A model generated the notes under the pieces. That model was given only the letters and a program-made list of their open reading frames with translations. It was not told the DNA's origin and searched no databases. Shown one piece after another: positions 38,682-50,600 of a stretch of DNA of 64,000 nucleotides; within the stretch, counting starts at the first letter, position 1, and every line of letters begins with the position of its first letter. The position numbers and the translations under genes are program-made. The stretch is from Klebsormidium nitens (lineage: Eukaryota; Plantae; Klebsormidiophyceae). The stretch is taken from the NCBI GenBank assembly GCA_000708835.1, contig DF236952.1:124001-188000 (forward strand). Reading direction: 5' to 3'.

Positions 38682-41600
38682 ATGTTTCTTTCGCGGTGGT
38701 GCCTGCTTAATGGAGAATGCATTGTGCGCTTCAAGTTACAAGTTGTCAACAGCCTCTTTTTTAGAAACACTTTGAGAGGGGCTTCCGCAGTATTGCAGCC
38801 GTCTGCTGGAGCCACCCAGCACTGCAGCGATCCGCTAGAGCCACCTAGACTTGACTATCAACATTATCAGAACCGGAACCACCAGAATCACGGCCATCTT
38901 TTTGTTGGGGTAATGGGGAAGGGGCTGTCATCAACGAGCCTTTGGAAGGAAGGGTGCTGGGGCTCCACTCAGAGCCGCTTTGCCTTCACTACTGACAAGA
39001 ATGTGACTTTGAATGGCACTCAGAGACATTTGCAACTCCTCAGCAGTGCTGCGGCTTCTGAACAATCTAGTCTAACTCCAAGGGCAGGTGTCCCAAAGGC
39101 TTCTCTCTGCAAGTTGAAAAGGACCGTCACTCATGGCACCGCCAATGGTTCTCCTCACAAAGCAATCGGCCTCGACTCGTCTCGCTCAACAATGAGAGGC
39201 CTTGCCGTCCTGCGAGCGATTGGTGCGGCTGCAGCATTTGAGAACCATCTGACTGGGCGAGTGTCCAGACCGGCTTTGAACACCTTTCGGAACTCGAGCA
39301 CTGTTACAGCCGCAGACACAAAGAGTGCTGGGGCCACATCAGAGACTGAGCGAACACCAAGGATCTCAACCAATGAACGGTCCCGCTCTGATCCTCGTTC
39401 CCCAAGCCCCCCTGCTCTGAACTTGAACAAGCATCGGGCCGGTGTGTCAAAAGGTTCCGGCTGGACGGCAGACAGGGCCCGTTCCCCTGGTGAGTCGAGC
39501 GCAACTGAGAAGCGGCCGCTTCCGCCGCTCGCGATTGTAGAGAAGCTTCTCAAGGTCAAGGGGGGCTCTGCCTCTCTGCCTTTGCTGAAAGATGATTGGT
39601 CAGAAGGGGGCCGGAGGAGGGGGGGCGTCGAACGGCACACATCGGCAGATCGGAAGCCGGATGGGAGTGGGGGGCAGTCCGTGCAGGCTCAACTGGGGGA
39701 GAAGGGAATCGTCCTGCCAGAGTATGGGCCAGGATCTTATAGAATCCTCTGTCCAAAGGTAGGCTTTGACTGTCTTCTGAGCTATTGATTTCTTTCCTGG
39801 CAATCTTCGCTTACTACACTGGATCAACATCCAGATGGGCAACTGCATTGCCCCTGCTTTTTGCCTTGTGATGTCTCTCTCTCGATGGCCTCCGTGCAGG
39901 AGCAGATTCAAGATGCGAGCTGTCCTTTCTCAAAATATGCAAAGACAAACTTCAGTAATCTACGCCTGTTCACCCAGGAAGGACGGCATTCTTGGTACAG
40001 AGCAACGTGCGTTCTCGTTTCACAAATCCGGCGGCCAGTCCACTCACCAAGATAAGACCTCGCTCGCTTTGCAGTGCAATGGTGGAAGCTCCGCAGAAGC
40101 TGCCCTCAGTGTCACCATCTCCAATGGAACCGCCGTCTGGTGCTGCCATCGGGCCACTTGTGGCTGGACGGGGCGTGCCGGAGCCAGCCGATATGTTCCC
40201 TCCTCCTCTCAAGGTGGTGCTCCTTCAGGCTCCGCCCAGGGTAATTTCGTGCGCCCCCCAAAGCGGCCTCCCAAGCTGCCCCGCCCTGAAGACCTGTTGG
40301 ATCTCCCCCCGGAGATGGTTGACTTCTTCAATGGGAGGGGGATAAGCGAGGCGACTCTAGCGCGGAACGGGGTTAGGATGCAGGTCGCATTCTGCCCCCA
40401 GAAGAAAGAATCGGTGCCGGCGGTCGTGTTTCCGTACTACTGGGGGGGCGAGCTGGTGAACGCCAAGTACAGAACACTGGACAAGCAGTTCTGGCAGGTG
40501 AGACGTGTTTTTTTGATTGTCGGACAGATCCTCTGCCCTCCTAGCTGACGACTTTCAAGAGCACGTTTGAAACGGAGTTGGTGAGGTTTATCAAAGTCAG
40601 GGAAAGGAGATTGCAAAGTAAGCCCCCCGCGCTGTTGTATTCCGTATGCGACCTTGTGGAGGCTGTATGTCACACCTTTAGGTGAATGTCCTCACCACAC
40701 CAAGCCATAAATCCTACACCAGATTGTCTTGCAATCATTCAAGAGGGAGTTCTGGTTTCAAATTTTACATCAAAATGGTTACAGGGGGAACCAGAGAAGG
40801 AGCACTCTCGACGAAAAGCTTTGGATCGGTTCTGTGAGAACGAAAGACGGAATCGAGAACTCTCAAGTTCCATTTCTTCTGGAACATTAGAGCTTCCTGT
40901 TGAAATGAGTCCCCACTTTTGTACCGTAAGTTCGTGACACTTGTGCGCAAGCTGCTTTTTGCAGATCAAGGGGGCCGAGAAAGTTTTTTACGGCATCGAT
41001 GACGTCATCGACAGCGAGACGGTCATCATTGTGGAAGGCGAGATGGACAAGTTGGCCCTGGAAGAGGCCGGCTACAGGAACTGCGTCAGCGTGCCAGGTC
41101 AGTGTTACATCACCACTGCTCTCATTAATGCCTGCGCATCTCATCCTTTTCAAAAGGCCGTTAAATTGGAACTTGCTCTTTCCAAGCTGGAAGTTACGTT
41201 GTTCAGCCCAACCTCACTCCCGGTTCGCCTTAAATCAGTTCGACCTTGTCGTCCACCTTCCTTAGACACATGCCGCTTACGGGGTGAATTCGTTCTTCTT
41301 GATCCGGTTGTCTGGGACCAATGGAGAGGTGTGTTACGCTGGGGACGTGTGCCCCTGTATGCTAAACTTGAAAATTGTAAAACCAGATATGCAGTTGAAG
41401 TTTCAATGAACAATCAGGTCCCTTCGCAGATTTCCTCCATCTTAAAGGGCTTCCGCCTCTTCTCGCCGGGAGTAGAAATGGGCCCGTGCTTGCCACGTCG
41501 CTTTGGAGACTTAGCGTTCACTTACGAAGCCTCACAACTGTCCGCACGAAATGCTTACGAACTCTTTGGCTCATGCTGCTTTCAGAGCACAACGTCGTTG

Positions 41601-44600
41601 CCCTAACCTTATTCAAAGATCTTATTCAAAAGTGTTGTGTCTGCAGATGGGGCTCCCGCCAAGGTATCATCAGACCCGTCCGCGCCAACCCCTTTCAGTG
41701 ATCGTAAGTACTCATACGTCTGGACCTGCCAAGAAGACCTCAGCAAAGCGTCCAAATTCGTACTCGCAACGGATGCGGACGGTCCGGGGCAGGCGCTGGC
41801 CGAGGAGTTGGCGCGTCGGCTGGGCCGGGAGAAATGCTGGCGGGTTAATTGGCCGTTTATGCCCGACGGGAGGCGGGTTAAGGACGCTAACGAGGCGCTT
41901 ATGGCACTCGGAAGGGCGGGGGTGAAAGCGGCAGTTGAGGGGGCTGAGCCGGTTCCAGCTGTCCAGACTTCGGACCCTGACCCAGCTGTAGATGGGGCTT
42001 CCCACGAGCAGACAAGGATTAGTGGGTCCGGGGTAGACGCGGGGTCAGGGTCTCGGGGCGAAGTACCGGGATCTGGGGTCAATGACGCGGGGCGGAACGA
42101 GATGGGTAAATTGTTCGAAAGTACAAAGAGGGGAAGCGGATCTGAAAGACCGAAGGAGACGAGGCCAGTTTTGCAAGCCTCTAGCAAAGGTCCTGGTGGG
42201 TCGCAACACTTTGCGGGAACAGCTCCAAGGTTCGGAAGCGCAAAAGGGGGCTCGTTCTCACCCGGCAGTGTATCCACGAGAGCAGCGGCTCTGCGTGCGA
42301 TACCAGGGCCGGTGGAGACAGGCACCGGGCTCGGATGGTCGTCGTCCCATCTAAAGGTCCGTTCCCTGTCGACAAGGTCCAACGGTTTCGTTTGCAGCGC
42401 AGTGCGCGGCGGTCAAGGGGAAGCCGCGCACAGCAACGGGGAGGCGGCGGGGGACGAAGACGTGGCTTTGGACGGGAAGCCAGTGGCGCCACTTGTGAAG
42501 CGAGGCGCGCTGGCCATTCCTCGGAGGAGGTCGGCGGTTGTGGTAGGAAAAGGGGGTGGGGAGCAGCCTTTGGGGAGTAGTGAGTCGCTGCATTTTGCAG
42601 CAAGGAATGATGAGGAGAGTGAGAGCGCGGAACGATTTACTGCTCGGGTCGGAGTAAGTTCGGAAAGTGAGCGGGTTGTAAATTGGTGGGAAAAGGAGTT
42701 CCCCGGCGTTGTTTCCCCTGGATACTTGGAGCCGCGGCAGAATCCGGCGACTGGGCGACGAGCTTTCATACCGGATGCGGAAGCACGGGCAATTGGGGGG
42801 CAGAACGGAGGGTCTGCTGACGCACCAAAAGTGCGGAAAGTCAGGCTACGGAGGACAAAGAGTGCGCCAACGCTGGAGGGTAGCGGAGGAAATAATCTGA
42901 CAGCATCGCAGGCGCCTCTACCAAGTTTGTTTCGGACAAATGCGGGTGTTTCCACCAAGCAGGGAGAGGGTTTGCACAAGGGTGCAGATCCGGGCAGAGG
43001 ACACGTTACAAGCGCGGGGAAACAAGGGTCCAATGGCGTGGTCGGTGATTCAGCCCCGGTCGGAATCAAAAGAGTCGCGAAGACCCTTCCTGACGGTACA
43101 GACCGTACTCGAGCAATATCAACCACAGCCGGCTCAAACACTGCGTCTGAAAGCGGTGCGATTGCGGGTTCGCCAGCGAGTTCGGACCTGACAACCGAGC
43201 GGACGCAACACGGGGAGAGCGAATCGGACGGCCCCCCGAGCAGTCCGGCAGCGTCCGGACTGAACGAGGAGCAGCTGGCGGCGGTGTTTGCCCCGGTGGG
43301 TCCAGTGCGCGTGGTGGCGGGACCCGGGTCAGGGAAAACCAAGGTGCTGACCAACCGGGTTGCGCACCTGGTGCTCGACCGGGGGGTGAAGCCCTGGAAC
43401 ACGCTGGTAAGTGCGGCCCGGGAAGTGTGTTTCGGTCTTTGGGTTTGTGAAACATTCAGATTAAGGCAGTTCGAGAATTGTTGGCAAACGCACTCGCGGT
43501 GATGTCTGACCAACGTGCTGATCACTGACGCCTCCTGGAAACGTTTGGATAAGAGCGGGTCAAATCTGGTCCGGGAAAACCAAGGTGCTATCCAACTGGG
43601 TTGCGCACTTGGTGCTTGACCGGGGGGTGAAGCCCTGCTGATAAGTGCGGCCTAGGAAAATGTCTCGGGCTGTCGAATTTCATGAACTCTTGACTAAAAG
43701 AAGGTGAGCCTTTGAACATGCTAATAAGTGCGGCCCTAGGGAAGCTTCCCGAGATGTTGAATTTGACGATTGTTTGGAGAACAGCGAATCGAGAGGACCA
43801 TCAACAAAATGGACTTGCCGTGTTATTTGACGGCTCTCTTGCGCCTGTTGCTTGTCCTTCTTGTTTTGCAAAGCCTGCAAGGAATCCTTTTCGCGTAAGC
43901 AGCATACTTTTGTTCTCGTTGGGCCCTTTGAGCCGTTCTTGCAAAACTAGCAAATGGTTTATTTTGGACTAGCACGGGTCCTTTTATCTCTTGAGCCAAA
44001 CGGTACTCCCAACCCCCCAGTCTCCAAAAAGCCGCGTCCTTCACCTCCTCATCAAAGCGGGTCAAATCTCCACCGTGGAAAAAGGAAAAGGTGGGTACCG
44101 CAGGAACCGTCCCACCTGACGAAGTCTGAGCCTGACATAAAATTGGAACATAAAATTGGAATTTGTGTATCTGTATCCCACTCCTTTCGCTACTGCAGAG
44201 CATCACTTTCACCAATAAGGCGGCCTACGAGATGCGGGAGCGGCTCGGCATAATGCTCGACGAGCACATGGCCAGCCGACTTGCGGTACGAACCGCTGGT
44301 CTCTGTCTTGAGCTTGTCGGTTATTCTTTGTATCGTGATCTTGCGCGGGCATGAAATTGCTGCGGTTTTGGTTTGGTTAAGTCTGATGCTCGTGTCTTGC
44401 GAAAGATCACTGCAGAGCGTGTGATGCTTGCCACTTGCTCTGCTTTCAGTCTCAGTACGCTCTGACTGTGCATTCAAACCCTTCTTTTGGACTTGGCTTT
44501 TGGATCGATCTACGACTCTGCCCATCATTGCTTGTTGGTGGCTTCTTTATGCTTCCACTGCAAGTCGTTCATCCTTCTGGAGATTACACTACACTTTCAC

Positions 44601-47600
44601 TTGTTTTGGACACCTTCGAGCAAGGAACAAAGTAACCTTGGGTCCTCAAACGTATAGGAGGACATCCTCGCAACTCTTCTAGTCAATCTCGGCATTGTAT
44701 CGGTTGATGTTTCCAGCAATGAGTCGGCATCTTCTTGTCCCGGGATCTTATGGAATTCCGATACCGCACCCTTTCTTGTTCTCGCGTTCTGGTCAGGTTC
44801 TCGGTTACGTTCTTGCGTCTTTCGTTTCTCGCGAGAGAGACGACTTCGTAACGGTCCGAAGCACTGTAAAACTACCGAAAAACCAATGCATGGACAAATC
44901 CTTGCACTTTTGCTACGATCTCTTTGGACTGAGCGTCGAGGACCTATGATGTCTAAGTATCAGTATCGCTGTCGTAGACACCACCTGTGGTAACAGCGGG
45001 CGGTGTCAATGGCGACTCCTTGATTGCTGAGGTCCACATCCTGACACTATCGGTATGGCTGCCGCCAGTATTCACCTTCTTTCTCAATCGCTGTTTTAGA
45101 TCAGGATCTTCAACCTGGGACTGTGATTTGCAACACTTTTTTTTTGTCTTACTTCTTACATGTTACATCACCTGTTGTGGCGTCTCGAGATTACAGATGT
45201 TGCTCGCTCTCGCGTGTTCAAATAAAACCTTTCTCTCAGTCTATGAGGTCAGACCTCGACGCCCGCGAAAGCAGAAGCCGTCTTGCTCAAAAGTGTGCTT
45301 GACGATTGGTTGTTGCACATAGTACTAGGTATCGGTCCTGAGTGCTTCTGACAGAGGATTAGAGTCGCAGAGTGCGATTGAGTGGGTCGGCATGTCTTAT
45401 GTCTTCCAAGCTTCTGACGATTCGAGCGCTGTAAATCTGGCAGGTAAGTCGACGGGATTTGTTGCGACTCTCGTTGCCAAAAGCGATGCATCCAGCCGAA
45501 AGACGAGCAGTCCGCTTATCTTGCCTACGTCTAGTCTATGTTCGTATTGTCAAGTCTATATTCGCGCTGAAGAAAAGTCGTAAACAAGACATCTTTCTCA
45601 GTGCTCAGGTTAATCCTCTTCCTAAAGTAAGTTGGTTATCAGGCCCAATAGCTTCGTGCCACGTGTCCGCAGGTGGGCACCTTCCACGGCATCTGTGCGC
45701 GCATCCTGCGCAAGTCCGTCGCGAGCATGCCCGACTGCGGCCGGACCACGACTTACGTCATCTATGACGAAACCGACTCCGCGTCCCTCCTCCGCAACAT
45801 TCTCAAGAAGGTACGCTGCGAGTCAATGCAACTGATCAGCATTCTCAAGCTTCTTTCGGAATTTTACTCGACGTGGCGAAGTTCTTGGTCAGCTTGCTTC
45901 TCCCAACCGCCGCAGGTCAGGCTGCCGTATTGCTCTTTAACGCTGTTTCAGCGCAGGGTGTCCTCTGCCCCGATCCGCAGAGCAAAAGAATCCGCCAGTG
46001 TGGATTAGAATCTTTTTGAAGGCTTGAAAGCTCCCGACCCTTGCACATCTTCTACCCTTGAAAGGAGAGTGGTTCATCTGGACGGCTTTGAATCCGAACT
46101 TGCACAAGGCTTTGACGATTCCACGTCTTTAGCTTACGATTCTCTCGATTCGGCTTTTCAACTTAGTCGTTGCAGCTGAGCCTGTCAATCGGCACTGAGG
46201 TGCCCCTGACGGTCTCATCTGCTTGAGCTGATTGGCTATATATTTTGAGTAACCCTTAACAACTTAAGCGTTTACCTGGACGGCAGCTGACTCGCGTGTT
46301 CCCACCTCCTCAGGTCCCGCGTTTCGACCCGGCAAAGATGAGTGTGAAGGACCTCATGGACCGTCTCGGGAAAGAAAAGGCGTGGCGGCTCAGGCGAGAG
46401 ATCGACGGCCGCCAGCAGGGGGATCCCTCCGGCCGCCACGTAGTCCCACTGAAGTCAGCACTTGTCAGCGCAGGAGGGGAGGAGTCTCCCTTGGGGATGG
46501 ATCCCATACTCCAGTCCATAGCTGCACAGTATGAGGTTTGTGCTACCAACGTTACTCTTCTTGCTCTTCTTCCTTGCAGCTTTGCGCTGGTGTGCCTCTT
46601 TCGGGCTTATACTGAGCTCTCAGTGCTTAAGCGTCTGTTTGCATGAAAGGGTTACTCGGGTTCACAAGCTGCATCTTCATGTTTTGTCCATGCCTCTAGA
46701 TTTTTCCTTCAGCTTACCTTCTCATCCATTATGTGGAGGCAAGCTGGTTGTCGTTGTCGATATGGCACATCACGTGCTCGAGGTCAAACTGACGTTCCTA
46801 ACCCAGCTTTCCCCTTGGTCTGTGCGTGTGGTGCGGTAGATAGCCTGATCTGAACTCTTCAACTCGTTCCGCAGCTCGAACTTCGCAATACTGCGCGATC
46901 GCTCGAAGACCGATGCAAGAAGTAATTTGTAGCCTAAACCAATTCCTGATTTGATTCCGCTGATCTGCTTGAGGACCGATGTAAGAGAGTAGCTTAACGC
47001 AACTCCCAACCTAACTTCGCAGGCCGAGCTTCGCAAGTGCAACGCATTCGACTTTATGGACCTGCTGATATGGGCCGTTCGGCTGCTGCGTTCGTGTCCG
47101 TCCGAACTGCAGGTGAGCCCGAATCTTGGCCGTGCCTTTGACCCCTGTGCTCACGTCTTCTCAACACTTGTCGTTGGAGGCCCGGCCCGTTCGGATGCGC
47201 GGATTTGGAACACCCGCAGTCCACACGTCAAACGTTTTGAGGTGGTCAATTAGTCAGCGTCCCCAACCCTTCCAATCGGGGAGGCATCCTAGGGCTTGCG
47301 GCACCTGTATTTGGCGATAAAGTTCTGCACGTTACCAGCCAGGGCGGCTCCTGGGTTATAACTTGAAACTCGAGCCCTAGGTTACCAAGTCAACAGTTGA
47401 AGAGCCAATCAAGTTGAATCACAGTGCGGGCACCATATTTGGGACGCGTTCCAGGGTAACATCCGTCGATTCCCGAGCTGCTGCCGTCTGCTGGGCTGGA
47501 AGACGAACGATTCTGAAACAAACATCCTGAAGCTTCCATGAATCAAGCCTCAAGTATTCTCAATACTGACATACTGGAGGCTGTCGCACCTTTAAGTGGA

Positions 47601-50600
47601 CGAATTGCAAGACACAGACTCCGCACAGAACGAGCTGGTGCAGCTGATAGAATCTTTCAGTAGGGCAGTCGTTCTTTGAAAGTCTGAACATTCAATTTCA
47701 AAACAGATCTCGCCTACTGCTGGTGCCACCTTCTGGTGGACGACTTTCAGGACACGGTTGTCTGCAATGATTGCTGCAATCATGCCATTACTGCTGCAAT
47801 AAAAAGTGCGACTTTAACACAGTCCTCGAAATGCACGCATTTGAAAAGTAGGATCCAAAAGCATCAAGGAATCTGCCAATACACTGTAGGCGTACCGCAA
47901 CTTATGGCAGCATCTTTTGGGTGGACGAGTTCCAAAAGACGAATTTCGCCCAGTACGAGCTGGTGCCCTGAGCAAACTTCCAGAATCACAGCCCATGTTA
48001 TTTGGATTAAAGAACTGAAATATATACTCGACTATTGTTGTAGGCGTACCGCGAGTTATGGCAGCATCTTCTGGTGGACGAATTCCAGGACACGGACTTC
48101 GCCCAGTACGAGCTGGTGCGACTCTTGGGCGAGAAGAACCAGAGCGTGTTCGTTGTGGGCGACATGGACCAGTCTATCTACGGGTGGAGGGGCGCCGACT
48201 TCCGCAACATGCAGCTGCTGTTCGAACGGGACTTCCCAGGGGGGCATGATTACCAGGTGAAATGGGAATGGGTTGTGAAATGATTGGTTGTAAGTGTAGC
48301 TGTCAGTACTTAGAAAGAGTGTTTGCGGGTGCTCATTTCAGGGTCGAAGGTATCAAAAGCTGCGGACCTTGGAGGCAAAATATTGCTTTGCAGCCAGGTT
48401 GATTTTTAAGTTTTACTTCGCATACTCCGTGGAAAGATGTACCGTCTCCTGTGTTGCCTTTTCGGTCAGTGCCGGGGTTTCTTATGGATACTGCATATTC
48501 GTGTGCTCTTCTGCTCACCATAAAGCTCCGTATCCTCTATGTCATTGCCGTCAAGACTGGTTGCTTTTCGATCCTAATTCCCTCGTTCGGCAATCCCTGT
48601 GGCTCGCCGACACTGGTTACGTCCGGTTGCTTCTCCTCTGAGACCCTGAGCCCTTCGTTTGTATCGCGCTCAAAAGTGACCGCACATCCTTGCAGCTGCG
48701 GAAGAACTATCGTTCGACCAAAAACATTCTTCGGGCTGCTGAGGCCCTCATCCGGCAAAGCGAAGTGGATCGCACGATTGGGCGGCACAAGCCGTTGCAA
48801 CTGACCCCCACGAAGGTAGGTCGAGCAGCATTTCTGGAGATGGGTATCTCTGATGAAAGTTTCACATGGAGCTTCGAGCTTCCAAAGACTGGAGGATTTG
48901 GCAGTTAACGAGCAAAAGTGGGGCGAGTGACGCGTCTGCTTGCTCTTGAACGGAGGAACACGCTTTCTATGTAGCGCTGCGTTATGGTTGTCCCGCCTTT
49001 CTGTGAGTGTGACAAAGCACACGTGAAGAGCTTGGCCAGTCAAAGAGAGTCTTTGTTGCTTATATGATGGAAAAGTCAGGTCACTCGAACGGTCTTGGAA
49101 ATTAGGGCGAAGCACCTGCAGAGTTCTGCAGAGGGAAAAGCTTCACTGGGCATGCAAAGAAAGGGTGGAGCCACTTACGAGCTTTTCTGCAGTTTTTTGG
49201 GCAATGAGCTGCTAGCCGAGAGATGTCATCAAAGAACTTTTGGCCGGCGGGTGTGTCAAGATTTTGCCCGGGGCCCCTTCCTGGAATCCATAACAGAACT
49301 CCGGTTTTTGGTGTACAAACATCGAATCCTGCTTTTCTGCAGCCTCACGGGCCGGTCATCAAGTTCCTCGAGAGCGCAACGGACGATGAGGAGGCGGCAA
49401 TGGTGGTGAGCCACGTGCAACTCCTCGTGTCGGCGCGGGGCCACTCCTGGGGGGACATGGCCATACTCTACCGCACCAACTCTCAGGCACGTGCACCCCC
49501 TAAATCAAACATTCTGTTCCGCGCCTAGTTTCTTCACTCTTAAGGGGACGTGGCGGTGCTCTTCCGCACCAACTCCCAGGCAAGTGGCCCCCCCCCCCAA
49601 TTGAAAATTCTGTTTCGCGCCGGGTTTGTGGCGGGTCCATGGCTGTGCCCTTCGCTGGCATTTCAGCCCCCCTGAATCGGGATTTCTATACCTACTTTGG
49701 AGCACTCCTGGGGGAACATGGTGGGGCTATTCGCAGGCACGTTATTCCCCCTGGTTCGGGGGTTCCGCACCAAGTTCGGATCATTCCTTGGGGAGCATGG
49801 CGGTGCTCTCTGCGGGCAATCTTACCCCTCTGAAGCGGAGCTTCTGTTTTGCAACTAGTTTAGATCCCTTTTGGGGGGACGTGGCGGTTCTCGACTACAC
49901 CAAGGTCCCCCCCCAAAATGTAACGTCCACACTCATGCTGAGCCTACAAGTTACAGTTGCAAACTTTGTAAATCGCCTTTCAATTTTCGAGCCTCAAAGT
50001 TAGGCCTGGTATACTCGAGGGACACGGCCGTGCTCTGCCGCACCAATAGTCTCAGGCATGGGCCCACACCTGGATTGGTATCCTGTTTGCACGTCTCAAA
50101 ATTCCATAATGACTCCTCCCTTTCGCTTGTTTCCTCCGTAGCTGATAGCTGATGATGCAGAGTAAAGCAAAAAGCGTTCATGGGGACAAAGGACCACCAA
50201 AGAGTGTGGCAAGCTGTCTAAAAATCCTCGTCAGCTGGTTCCCGAGGCTCTTAGGTTCATTCTGCGAGTCAAAGGGAGTGCGCAAGCTCTGCTTGCTTAA
50301 AAGACACTGCCAACTGCGAACGAGTGCTAGCTGCAAAGGCGCGCAAGGCCACGTTCAAGTCTACCGCCCTTGCGAATCGCTTTTTAAGGCTTCCAGATGT
50401 CATCGCTCGGAACTCGGACCCTCAAGACGTCAGACCGTTACAACGGAATCTTGTTGCATGCAGTCCCGCAAGTTCCAGCAGCAGCTGACTGCGCGGGGGA
50501 TCCCCTTCGTGGTGGTAGGAGGGCTCAGCTTCTACGCACGAAAAGTGAGTACTTTTGAGCTTAGTTTTTTCTCGCCCAGTCTAGTTCGCGCCCTTGTTGA

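Noticed and set aside
41609-43525. Long minus-strand ORFs (257 aa and 370 aa)
   Set aside because: Antisense shadows of the GC-rich coding exon 41647-43406.
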